This document shows, in pieces, positions 26,849 to 39,125 of a DNA stretch of 64,000 nt. The notes below the pieces were generated by a model that had not been told where the DNA came from, did not search any database, and saw only the letters and a list, made by a program, of their open reading frames with translations. Numbering within the stretch: position 1 is the first letter of the stretch; every line of letters starts with the position of its first letter. This stretch comes from Adineta vaga (lineage: Eukaryota; Animalia; Rotifera), in the NCBI GenBank assembly GCA_021613535.1, contig CP075493.1, positions 7,564,001-7,628,000 on the forward strand, read 5' to 3'. A program made the translations under genes and the position numbers.

Positions 26849-27597
26849 GTTGACTTCGAATTTAAGAAGAACGTTAAATTAATCTCAGCGAAAGAAATAG
26901 TTCTCGAATTAATAAGTGGCTAGTGTTTTATACTAGTTAAAAATAGATTTACACTTTACTTACATTTTATTTTTTCCTAATCTTATGGGACAACAATTAA
27001 GGACACTGCGCAATCAATTTATATCAATAAATGGAAACTGAAGTATTTTTATATCTCAAAACACTCTATCTTCAATGTTTGACTTTGATTTCTTCAGGAA
27101 TAACATATTTCTAGATATCATTTCCAAAAGATATTTAATCAATAATTTATCAGAGGATTATACGACAATAATCTTTATATCACAAATAAATAAATCATTT
27201 TTCATTTTATCTTTTGAAGTTCGTATTTTCATATCGAATTCAGATGCAAATAAATACTGCATAATAATTTAACATGTGTTTTTCTCATTGTTTTCTTTAT
27301 CAGTTATCTCATTATTTCATCTTACTTGGATCTTAGAAATGAAGCTTCGATGCATGACAAATAGACTCGAAGATATAAAGAAGTTCATATATATGATCTT
27401 TTTGAAATCCTCTTTTCCGCTAGAGATCGCTCTTTTCTTAATACATTGATTACTCATCACATTTCTCTGCAGATGATGAATTGAATAAGATTGGATTGGT
27501 AGACTTGATGCATATATAGCTTTGCAAACTGTGATGAAATTCGTATTCTATTTTCTTTTCATTGTACTATATTTCATTCACTAACTCACAGTTAAAC

Positions 27598-28700
27598 ATG
27601 AGCTTTCAATCTCCGGATAAACAACGTATTGCTGATGCACTCGGTGATATTTCCAATGTTAGTTTAATCGTAAAAAGTTATCTTATTTTGTTTGGAATAT
27701 ATTCCTAATGTTTATAGTTACCGAATGACATGCGAATGGCTGTAACTAATCGACTTGATGAAAGTTTTCAACCTGTACCAAAACCTAATGAGGGCGATTG
27801 GTTGGGGCAACATCAAGAACGTGGCCAAACAATGAAATCATTCGAAAAAAAGACATCAAAAGCTGTTCCTCATGGAACGTGAGTAATACTCAATTTGAAA
27901 AAGATCTCTTTCATAGATGTACACCTTTATATCATCTAGTTATAAAACAATATTTATCCAACCAATCGGTAGTTTTGATCATCCAAGGTAAAAAAAAAGA
28001 ACTTCGTTCAGTTTCATAGCTTGGATGACTTTGAACTTTTAGAGCAGCAAAATTAGATTTAATTCTTGAATTTGCTCGAATTTTCTTTACTGGATGTGAA
28101 GTAGAACTATTACCAGGTATTGATTTTAATTCAAATATGACAAATCGTGATAATGGTGGCACTCGTCAATATCTAACTGGTGACATACATACATATCTTT
28201 CTCAAACACGTCATAAACGTAATGCAACACATGAACTTCTATGTGTAGCTGTCACAATGGCTGATATTTATCCTGACGAGAGTTGGAATTTTGTTTATGG
28301 ACAAGCTCGACCACTTGAGGGTGTGGGTGTATATTCATTTGCACGTCTTGATCCTTTATTTTATCATTCAACTTCTGCAGAGCTTCTTACAACTCCATTA
28401 ACTGAAGAACACCGTGTTATTATGCTTCGACGTTGTATAAAAATTCTTCTACATGAAGTTGGTCATCTATTTGGTTTGAACCATTGCATCTATTACGTAT
28501 GTTTAATGAATGGTGCAAATAACGAAAAAGAAATGGATCGACAAACTTTATTCCTATGTCCTGTATGTTTACATAAACTTTATTCATCGCTTCTTTTTGA
28601 TGTTCGACATCTGTATGAAGCGTTTGCAAATCTATGTGGAAAACATGGACTTAAAATAGAACAGACATGGTATCAACACCGATTAGAATGTTTAAATTGA
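27598..28700 (+). CDS. Archaemetzincin (AMZ-type zinc metalloprotease), multi-exon
   Basis: HEVGHLFGLNHC..CLMNG..LCPVC metzincin and Cys4 motif. DIYPDESWNFVYGQA. N-terminal GDWL motif in an upstream exon. Confidence 0.92.
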
Positions 28701-30063
28701 ATATAAATATGAACTTTTCAAAAAAGAAATTAAGATGAAGTTTTATATAATAAATTATTCAAGACAATGAGTGTTACATAAGCTAATGAAAATGATTTTG
28801 AGTATCTTGATGTCGGATACGATCGTTTGATGTTTTAAAACAACAATGAACTGCATATCTTCAAGATATGATTTCACCATGAAACGTTCGGTCAACAGAC
28901 TCGATCGTATAATGATTATGATTTATGATCAACTTGTAAACGAAGATAATTGACTGTTTAAATACTTGTTCAAAGAAAATCTTCGATATATGAAGGTGAT
29001 GTTACTGCACTTTCATATTCTATCATGAAAGCATAGGCGGCGGAACGATTGTAATTCAGAGTAGGATCATACATTCTTAGAGAGTAATAGTAAGTGAAGT
29101 TTTCAAAGAAAATATCATGCAAAATCTCAATCATTCATAGTTTTACGATCGATCTCGAAATTTTAATGAGCCGTAAATGTCTAGCTGTTTGCTCGCATTT
29201 CCCATAAGTCAAAAGTGATTATGACTATTGGAGCAACCATGGTTTTATATTACTTAGTTTTATACGAGTAGAAGGAATTTTTCTATGGCTGAATCGTAGA
29301 GCAGAATGTTTTAAACCATAAAAATCAAATAAAGAATGAAAGATTCATGGTGAAAATGGATTCTATGAAGGGCTATATATAATACTCATAAAGTTAGCAA
29401 GAGTTAAAAAAAGTAGTCAACGAAAAATGAAGATTTATTATTTGCCGTCTTGATTTTCACCATGTTCCTTAGAGATTATTTGAAAACATTATTTCACAGA
29501 TAAACAATTTACTACTCGATGTTTTGTGAGAAGCAAGAAATGAAACATGATTTTCTCCAATTTATATCTAACGTAGTTTTTATGTATTGTACTAAAAATT
29601 TTCAGGAAACAGAACTATGTCGGATTCGTTCCTGTAGATAATCAATTAAGTGCCTTCGAAGAAACGCCCAAAGCACGTGAAAGTCATTCAAATCCATATT
29701 CTAAAGTATCATTCTCTAAATCCACGTTTAGTCGTTCGTCGGCCTCCCTCTAGTCGACCAGTCACGGCTAGGCGTTAACATGAACGCCTTCATTGTTTCG
29801 TTTACTTTCGATTCATTCCCAAAAACGAATAACTGAATTTCCTTTGGTCTTCTCTTCAAAAGGCACTCACTTTATATTACTACAAAGGTTTTCAGTTCCT
29901 CGATCTCGATTACCCTTTTGTCGAACTCTATATGATATATTAGAATTCATCATTTGTTAATTAGCTAATTAACTAATAAATAATCAAAGTAAAACGAATG
30001 TCAGATTCGAGTTTTCCTTCCACGAAAACCCTTCGGTCAAACCCTATAGAGAAATTTATTTTT

Positions 30064-30835
30064 GACTTATATTTAAATGAGCAATAAAAATACTGGAATG
30101 AGCAATATGTATAATGAATGATCAATAAATATCATGAATGCGCAGTGTATATAATGAATGGGCGATAATTATACTGAATGAGGGATAATTAGACGGAATG
30201 AACAATAATTAATTTGAATAAAACAATATGTATATAAAAAGAGCAATAATAACCCTTTCATTCAATACAAAATGGCTCAATCGAAACGTGTACCAGACTA
30301 TATGTCTGATTCTGAAAATGACATGGAAATGCAACCTTCAAGTAATAATGAGGATGATGGTGTAGTGTGGGTGTGAGGGTGAGGGTGGGTCTGAATATAA
30401 CAAAGACACCCACATCCACACCTTGCACCTGTCCATCATTCATGAAAAACTATATTTGCAAGCACACCATTGGTATGTCCATTGGATTGAAATATTGCAA
30501 ACCTCCACCTGAGGCAAAAAATGTAGAAATTGGTACAAAAAGAAAAAGAGGCAGACCATCGAAAGCAAAAAAAGCTTTATTGATTCAATGATTAGTTATA
30601 TATATTCCATTTTTCTTTTTTTTTCTTTCCAATTGTAAAGAAAAATAATTTAGTTTTTTTCTTTTTTGTTGCTCAAGTATGAAATTAATATTGTTTATGT
30701 AGTAAACTATTTATTGTTCATTTAATATTATAAAATTGCTCATGTAATGTTTTCTTATTGCTCGAAAGTTACTGCTAAATCATGTTTTAATTATTGCTCA
30801 TTCCAATATTTTTATTGCTCAAATGAATACAACCC
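30064..30835. mobile_element. Non-autonomous fold-back MULE/Mutator-like DNA transposon remnant
   Basis: TGAGCAATAAAAATACTGGAATGAGCAATA (30078-30107) matches the reverse complement of 30792-30821 with 1 mismatch. Both arms are arrays of ~20-bp GAATGAGCAATA-like units. Internal SWIM-finger fragment. T-rich flanks. Confidence 0.75.
30424..30591 (+). pseudogene. C-terminal fragment of a MULE-type transposase (SWIM zinc finger plus basic KRKRGRP tail)
   Basis: CTCPSFMKNYICKH (CxC-x8-CxH), followed by KRKRGRPSKAKKALL*. The upstream transposase body is missing. Confidence 0.75.
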
Positions 30836-31165
30836 TTTTTTTTGTGCAAAAATGGTCCTTTGTTTAAAACAAACAAACTTTAAGCATTTTAACGACCCTA
30901 TTTAAGGAGCCTATGATCCTTTCTTTCAGAACCGGGAATGAAGCAGGTAGTAGCGACATCGATATTGATTACAAAAATTGTTGAATGCAAGCAAAAAAGG
31001 GGAGTGGGAGAACGAGAGAGAGATATGGCGACAATAATTATGTATCGTATATATAAACGTTATATTTTTCGTATAGTATTTCACAATAAACTTTGTTTAT
31101 TTCGTTACGAAACAATATTTCATCGTCATTTACATTAAATCTTTACTAATCTATCTAAAACAGAT

Positions 31166-31538
31166 ATGGTTAAAGTACATGTTGTCTATTGTGGTGCGTG
31201 AGGTTACGGGAGCAAGTTTCGAAAGTTCAGCGATGAATTGAAGAAAGCTTGCTCCACTAAAGATCTTGAAGTAGTAAGTTACGACGAGAGTTTTTTCGTA
31301 TTGTTATATTAACTTTAAAACAACGATATATTTAGTCTGGCGAACCAACTCCTGGCAGAACTGGATCTTTCGAGGTTACCGTCGATGAGAAATTAGTCCA
31401 TTCTAAAAAAGTAATATCAATGTTTTATACCTAAACTTAATTTGAATTTGAATTCGATAGGATGGTGATGGTTTCCCTGATACGGACGAGAAGATGAACA
31501 AGATCGTGAAAGCGATTGATGGCCCCGAAGCCGAATAA
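31166..31538 (+). CDS. SELENOW: Selenoprotein W (Rdx family), 86 aa; exons 31166-31273, 31336-31410, 31461-31538; Sec TGA at 31199-31201
   Basis: MVKVHVVYCGAUGYGSKFRKFSDELKKACSTKDLEV|SGEPTPGRTGSFEVTVDEKLVHSKK|DGDGFPDTDEKMNKIVKAIDGPEAE*. Has the CxxU, TGxFEV and HSKK.GDG signatures. Confidence 0.95.
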
Positions 31539-31663
31539 TCGATTGATTCCAGTTCAATATATAGCTTAAAAAATGAGCAGTTTTGGTAAGTAAAACACGA
31601 AAATAAATAATATCATCTTTGATTTATTGCCTAGAATATCATCTTGAGATTATTGATTACAAC

Positions 31664-31730
31664 TGTCGGCTACCAAAATGATGTATTGTGTGATCAAATA
31701 AATTAAGTCCTCAATACTGAACCAGCCAAT
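31664..31730 (+). promoter_or_regulatory. SECIS element of SelW
   Basis: Helix I GGCT/AGCC. Core ATGAT (31678) opposite TGAA (31718). Helix II GTATTG.G.GAT/GTC.C.CAATAC. Unpaired apical AAA. Confidence 0.88.
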
Positions 31731-33827
31731 AATTATGATAGTTACATTTCAATCATCTGTACAACATGATATTCATACTTGAGACTCTATCCTTTTCTTC
31801 CCTTCTATCAGCATTTTTCTTTTTCTTGATTCGATATAGACTCATAAAAATAAATGTAACGACAACTAATACAGCCCACTACTAGGAAAAATTCAACACC
31901 CTTATATTTTGTTGATAAGATCTGATAAGATATGTTCTGTTTGAATCAAGAACACTTTTTTTCACATAAAGAAGTTTCAAAACTATAATGAATATTGTAT
32001 TTCGTTTTTGATTCATCGAAATTTTTTTCTATGTGATTGCAAAATTCATTTGGTCGTTGTTAAATTTCCTATTAAAATCACAAGTCATAATGCCGTGCAA
32101 TTTTATATCGTCAATCCAAAACAAATCGAACAATATCTTTGCAGCTTTGAGATTCTAAAATAGCAAGTTGTTTATGCAAATGATTTTAGTTATTATTTGA
32201 GCTTATTATTTCTTTAATTTTATCGAATACTGCTTCATATAACATAGTGTAGATATTGTTTTCAATAATGATATTCTGTTTCATCGATATCGTATTATCA
32301 CTGGTGCCTATACCGATGCCTGATATTGTTTCAAATAATGGATACATTTTCCTGACGATATTGATCTGATCACATGCTCCGATACCATTGTCCTAAATAA
32401 ATACTAGATAACACAGGAAAAATCAAAGATTATTATCTGGATCACATTGAACAGAGTCTATACGATACTTTTTAGCCTAAATAATGGTTTCATGTTATTA
32501 CTTTGTTGGATCTGTACTTTCTTGCGACTGAAAAACAAAGAGCGTTCTCTTTATTTAAATTACAATGCAATATAAATATGATATATACTCTCTTTTGTTG
32601 ACGAAACTTACTAACTTACAAAGAATGATATGTAATTGATTTCTACGCTTTTCGCTTAAATGTATGCTACTATGCAAGAATATTCTCTCGTCCAAGTTCG
32701 AATATATATTGCAATATCAAAAAGTAAAAGAAAAGAATTAGTCGATTTATATAAAGAATAGGAGATAAATACTATCGAAAGCTTGAACATATCAGAGGAT
32801 AAGGTTGACGTCAAACGTGAGTAAAATCAGAACAGAGCAGATGGCGATTAATACAAATGATGAAATGAGAACTCTTGACAATATTTATTTTTAACTGACT
32901 AAATGGTTGTTTTTTTCTTTAAGGTCTTCTCATACATCTGACACTGATGTACTAAGAGAGACTTTGACGTAGCTTGAACCTTCCAACACCCAGACTCATG
33001 GTTCATGCGTATCTCGATTCCTATTTCGGACTACATTCTCAATCATAATGAGTCAACTTAGGTTGGCAATAGTAAAAGCATACGAAACATTTGAGCAAAT
33101 CTTTTCAATGGTTTGTTTTAGTTGCGACTAGTGCAAAAAGAGGTGATTTCAGTGAATGGAAAAGGAAAGATATGAAAGAGATCCATATCAAAAGTGAAAA
33201 CGTAAATATTTGACATTTAACATATAATTAGATTGAACGTTTTGATCTTGTAGCATGTGAAACTACGAGAGAAATAGTTATTAGATATCTCAATTAATTA
33301 GACGGTTATGAATGTATTTAACCATTATGGAACGTTCAAAGCGAGAAAGGTAGACAATATCTCATTTGAAAATTATTTTTCAATCTTTGAACCATCAATA
33401 TGACTGTAAGAATAATTGTTATTTCTTTATCATTAAAAAGTAAAATATGAGAGAAAACAATGCTTACAAGTGTTCTTATTTCATGACACAATTAGACAAG
33501 CTTAATGATGATAATATTTGTTGAGTACATAAAAAGAATTACATATGATATCACGGCTATTCAGAAATGAAAATAAAACCACCTTCAATTAACATTCTAT
33601 CAGAATCAATGGAATTCAAGTACAAAATATTTTGATGATCTTCAACATGAATGATTAGTAAATATCTTTACTGACGTATTCAAATGCAAATCCGATAGTA
33701 TTAATGTTACAAAACAAGAATATATCTATTTAGACTAAAATAGTTTAGTTTTATTGATAAGATAAAATCACGTCATAAACTAATTCTTTTTCTCTTTTTT
33801 TTGCGAAATTAATGTTCATTATAAAGT

Positions 33828-36180
33828 TTAAAGAAGTTTTTCAACAGCATTGACAATATGTTCAGCATCAATACCATATTTGCTCAATAATTCAGCTGAT
33901 TTACCACTACGAGCAACTTCAGGAACAGCCAAATGAACAATCTTAATGCCGGTTTGATCAGCTAAAGCAGCCATAACAGCTTCACCAAGACCACCTTCAG
34001 GATAATGATCTTCAACAACAAGAAGTCGATTATTTGTTGCATTAACAGATTTAAGAATTGTTTCTCGATCAATAGGTTTAAGTGTAAAAGCATCAATAAT
34101 ACGAATAGCTTTGCCTTGAGCTTTAAGTTTTTCAGATGCCTTAACAGCTTCATGTAATGTAACACCACCGGCAACAATTGTACAAACATCATTTGATGAT
34201 TCAACAATAATCTTTAATAATATAGTAAAGTGAAAAACAAAATTATAGATTCTGTTAGGATCATATGAATTTTTTCTTACTTTAGCTTTTCCAATTTGAA
34301 AAACTTCATCATTTTTATATAAAATTGGAAAATTTGGTCGACTTGTACGTATATAAACAGCTCCATCATAATTAGCTGCTAATTCAACAGCACGTTCAGC
34401 TGAAACAGCATCCGATGGATAAAAACAAACAATATGTGGAATAGTACGAAAGAAAGCAAAATCTTCAAGTGCCATCTGTGAGGGACCATCTTCACCAATT
34501 GATACACCAGCATGTGAACCAATATATTTAACTCGTGTGAATGAGATTGCACCCATACGAATTTGATCAGCAGCACGTAAAAGAAATGCAGCGAATGTAT
34601 GAACAAATGAAATATAACGTTGACGAGTAGCAATACCAATTGCAACTTGTACCATATTTTGTTCAGCAATATAACATTCGACAAAACGTTTTGGATATGC
34701 ATCCTAGAAAAAGAAAGGAAATACAATTAAATGAAAATACTATTTCAATTCTTAGATAGATTTTCTTACATGAAATTTGATTGAATAAGTTGAATTTTTT
34801 GTATCACCATCTAGGGCAATAACATATTCGCAGCTCTTGCCTAATTTTTCCAAAGCAGTACCATGTGCAAGACGTGTAGCAATCTAAAATTGATCATTAA
34901 AATCGTTTTTATGATTTTCTACGATACGATCTTCTTCTTTTTCATACCTCTTTCTTGCCATCATAATTTGGTGGTGAAGATAATTTAATTTCTTTATCCT
35001 TTTTAATTTCTGGAACTTTAGCAACAATCTTATTGATTTCTGGTCGAACCAATGTTTCTTCATTGACTAATTTTCTTAAATCTGCGACAATTCCATCTGC
35101 TTTATCGCCCAATGGTTTACCATGCCAATCTAATTCATTTTCAATACCTTTTAATCCACTACCTTTAAATGTTTTAGCCAAAATACATGTTGGTTTATCC
35201 TTTATTTGTGATGCTTCTTTAAATGCAGCAAGTAATTGAGAAACATCTTGTCCATTAACAATAATTGGATGCCATCTATATGATTAAAAAAATTCTCTAT
35301 GAAATCTTCTTCAAGAAACAATTGAATTGTTTACCCAAAAGCATCAACACGTTTTCGATATGTTTCTAAATCATGTTGTAATTGTGTTGGATCACTTTGT
35401 CCAAGTCGATTAATATCGATAACAGCGCAAAGATTATCCAATTTATAAAATGATGCAAATGCAAATGATTCCCAAACACTACCTTCCGCACATTCACCTA
35501 TGAAAATAAACGTATCATCCTATTTTTCTACATTAGAAATTCTTAAACTAACCATCACCGAGTACACAATATACTCGATAATCAGATTTATCAAAATATT
35601 TGCCAGCATATGCCATACCACTTGCAAAACCTAAACCTTGACCCAATGAACCGGTAGCAACATCGATGAAGTTTAATCGCTAGAAGAAAAAAAACGTTGA
35701 TTATAACTAAACGGTTTTTGAACGACAATACATACAGGTGTTGGATGACCTTCTAAATCAGAATCGATTTTTCGTAAATTTTTAAGGTCTGATACTGGAA
35801 AAGCACCAGCTACAGCCCAAGCAGCATACAATATTGGAGCACAATGTCCCTAAATATTTCATAAGACTACATTATCAGAAAACAAAGAAATCCAATGAAG
35901 AATCATTTTACTTTCGAAAGAACGAATCGATCACCAGCTGGATTGCGGGGATCCTTTGGATCATAATGCATAACATTGAAAAACAAAACACTAGTTATTT
36001 CGGCCATGGATGAACAACTCGTTGGATGGCTATTGAATATAAAAGTATTCATAAAGAAATGAACAATAGTTTGTTTTTTAAGACTAACCCAGAATTTGAT
36101 GCTTGTGTTGCTTCAATGCTATGAATACGAAGCAAATTAGCAAGACGTTCCAACGTTGTAACGGTATCGGCACTCGTCAT
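33828..36180 (-). CDS. TKT: Transketolase (animal type), multi-exon
   Basis: [50 protein letters not shown] and [19 protein letters not shown]. Confidence 0.97.
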
Positions 36181-36659
36181 TTTCGTGTATCTGAAACAAA
36201 TACGCAATGGTTTTTAAATAGATTTGCATGTATTATAAGTGCAAAAGTGGCTAAGTACAACAAATATTTTGTATCCAATACCTTGCTATATATTTAAAGT
36301 ACTTAGAAAAGGAATGAATCCATGGTTTTTATTGGATTAGAGATAACGTAACGTAGACAAATAAATAACTGACAGACAGAGAGAAAACCATGATATATCA
36401 AGGGATTCTTTCGATTCATATTTATTCTCGCAATATAAAAGGTTAAAAATGAAGATAGGATTCATGGATGAGGCAACAGACGTTGAAGATTCGATTGGTT
36501 TTTCGGATAAAAACGTAATATATAGATGGCGTCAGTTTTCGCATAAAAATTCATATTTATATTTAACAGAAGTTTAACACTTATTTTCAGTATCTAAAGT
36601 TTGAGTGTTCAAAATTATATCGTTGAGAAAAGGAAATGTATTTTATCGATGTATTGATA

Positions 36660-37193
36660 TTATTCAAAGATCGGTCGTCGACAAACAGGACATTGTAAAG
36701 ATGTATCTTCATCAGCATCGATCCAATTATGAATACATACCATATGAAATATATGTTTACATGGTAAAATTGAACATTTCTTTTCCTCATCCATTGATGA
36801 CAAACATATTGTACAATCTTCTGATTTATGTTTATAATCTTTTTCTAATGCACGAATTTCAATACGTATAGGTTTTTGATTTAAATCATATGTTTGATAA
36901 TTATCATAAACACTATTCCATTTATCTGTATTCAGTATTCTCCATTGACAACGATTTAAACCAAATTTTAAAGCACGTACAGTATTTCCACATTCAGGAC
37001 ATTGAAACGTATGTGACGATGTTAGAATAAATCGACCCATAGAAAAACTACCAATAACCATTTGTCTGTAAGCTTTACATGAACGATTCTGATTTAAACA
37101 TTGTCCTTCGACACATAGACCAGCATCGATAATTCTCCATGAAATAGGTTGACTCTTTGAGAACGATATTGTTGCTAATAGTCGATTACTCAT
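36660..37193 (-). CDS. Intronless RING-H2 E3 ligase with an N-terminal Cys-containing domain
   Basis: CTICL...PCKHIFHMVCIHNW...CPVCR. N-terminal WR..GLCVEGQC.N..C...CPEC...C.W domain. Confidence 0.85.
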   Translation of the reverse strand: MSNRLLATISFSKSQPISWRIIDAGLCVEGQCLNQNRSCKAYRQMVIGSFSMGRFILTSSHTFQCPECGNTVRALKFGLNRCQWRILNTDKWNSVYDNYQTYDLNQKPIRIEIRALEKDYKHKSEDCTICLSSMDEEKKCSILPCKHIFHMVCIHNWIDADEDTSLQCPVCRRPIFE

Positions 37194-37585
37194 TTCAAAT
37201 AAATAAATATATGTTTACATTAGTAGGAAATATATAGTAGGGGAAATAATATCATGATTCATAATGCATCTATTGAGATTGTTAAGTAGATAAGAATGCA
37301 AAAACTATCTTTTTTTCTGTAATTTTTGCGAAATTACTGAGGAAAAAAAAGAAATCCATTTGATGACAATCCTTTGATTTCGTTCTATTTCTTCATAATC
37401 AAATATTGATTATCAAATATGTACAATGATGACAATGATAGCTTTAAAGAATAGTCGAAACAAATAAGAACTCATCTATCAGTAGTGAACTTTAAAGTGA
37501 TAATTGTAATCGATGTCAATGGCATTTTCGATATAAAACAAAAACGAAATCAATTCATCACATTTTGTTTCTATCATTTCAAACA

Positions 37586-38536
37586 ATGCATTTTCTTCGA
37601 TTTAATCTTCTTCTTTTTCTTCTTCTTCTTCTCAATATTTCGTATATCTATGCAAATATAGGCGGAGGTGGTGGTCATAGTCTAATCATTCCAGCATCAC
37701 CGCTTCCAACGAATGATCTTGGTTTAACATTTGGTCATCAAGTAAATAAACGTGATCATCATATTACTCTTTACTTTGATGTTGCGAATTCAACTTTAAA
37801 AGAATATCGTTATTATTTTTTTGATTTTCGTCCATTTGGCTCTCATGATCGTAGTGAATATCTACCACGACAACGTCTTCTCGATTTACATAATTCACTT
37901 CGTATCGTAGGTCTACACGAAGGAGATTATGTTGCATGTGTTACATTTATCGATGAATATGAAACAATATTTAAACCACGTTATGCTTGTTATGAATTTA
38001 CTCTCGGTGAAAAAACAGTGGGATCACATCATGGAGGAAAATCAGGTTATTTAGCACCATTATTACTTGCCTTTGCTTTTGTTTTACATGTTTTTATTGC
38101 TATTGTTCATCATATTAAAGCAAAAAATTATGCACACAAATTATTACATCGTTTCATTGATGTCTCACGAAAAGGACATCTCAGAAGAATTGATATACAT
38201 GATTCATTAAGAGAACTTGATCATCCACATCTTTCAGCATCTATTCAACGTCGTTTATCACGTGTTACTATCGATGCTAGTGAAGGAAATGAATTAGATC
38301 CTGAACGAAACTATCACATGAATGATACAAATGATGAACTACCATTATATACAATATCTCATCATAATGGAAGATTAAATTCCAATGGAATGAATGTTAT
38401 ACCAGAAAATGAACACTCGAATACATTAGATAGTGTTACATCAATGAGACATTTAATCGATGCAGCACCATGGATGAAACGAACAAATCGATCAACAACA
38501 TCATCGTTTCGACGAATAAATCCATTGTATGCATAA
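37586..38536 (+). CDS. Intronless single-pass type I membrane protein, possibly with an FN3-like ectodomain; function unknown
   Basis: Signal peptide, beta-rich ectodomain (LRIVGLHEGDYVACV) and TM segment YLAPLLLAFAFVLHVFIAIV. Confidence 0.7.
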   Translation: MHFLRFNLLLFLLLLLNISYIYANIGGGGGHSLIIPASPLPTNDLGLTFGHQVNKRDHHITLYFDVANSTLKEYRYYFFDFRPFGSHDRSEYLPRQRLLDLHNSLRIVGLHEGDYVACVTFIDEYETIFKPRYACYEFTLGEKTVGSHHGGKSGYLAPLLLAFAFVLHVFIAIVHHIKAKNYAHKLLHRFIDVSRKGHLRRIDIHDSLRELDHPHLSASIQRRLSRVTIDASEGNELDPERNYHMNDTNDELPLYTISHHNGRLNSNGMNVIPENEHSNTLDSVTSMRHLIDAAPWMKRTNRSTTSSFRRINPLYA

Positions 38537-39125
38537 GAACAACTAATGATGATAACTCTTAGATAGAAAAACAAAATAGATATTAGAGAATAAATAGATT
38601 CACAATGGGATAAATCTATGAATTTGCTTTTAGTATATAGTGTATTGAAATTGAAAAACCAATTAAGCTAAATTTTTAGTAATCATTCGAATGGAAAACA
38701 AATGAAATTATTGTGAATATGATGTTTAACGATTATTTTCATCACCTGTTAGATAAAATAGTTTGTTTACTCTACAAAAAAGAAGATATAATCAATGTTG
38801 AATACTCATATATACATTTTTTCTCTTTTATTGTAATTCAAAAATAACTAATTTGTTAATCAATAGACAAGATCGAAGCAATACTTTATTTTTTCTACAT
38901 TTATACTATCAAATGCATCGAAGCGAAACAGTTATATTACCTATGTCTATATATTCTTTCTTTGACGACATCATGGTCATAACATCAATTGATTCTCTGC
39001 TATCACTAAAGTGATTGCTGTAAACGACAAGGTTAGTTGATAGGAAAAAAACGGGAATAAGGTGTTCAAGGTATTTGTCGTCTCTCTTTCTTCTTTTGTA
39101 TATTGAATATTTTTTTGGAAAAAAT

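Noticed and set aside
28765-29054. Coding-like stretch after archaemetzincin
   Set aside because: Multiple stops and no recognisable homology; it may be a decayed gene but cannot be supported.
29750-29790. Two GC-rich hairpins ending near CTAG (Helitron end or hammerhead ribozyme)
   Set aside because: CTAG is not followed by T, no 5' TC end or Rep/helicase remnant was identified, and there is no CUGAnGA/GAAA core.
30367-30423. N-terminus of the 74-aa ORF (MGVRVRVG...)
   Set aside because: GTG start inside the telomere-like repeat; only the SWIM part is transposase-derived.
32186-32530. Possible minus-strand exon fragments
   Set aside because: No consistent spliced ORF or motif found.
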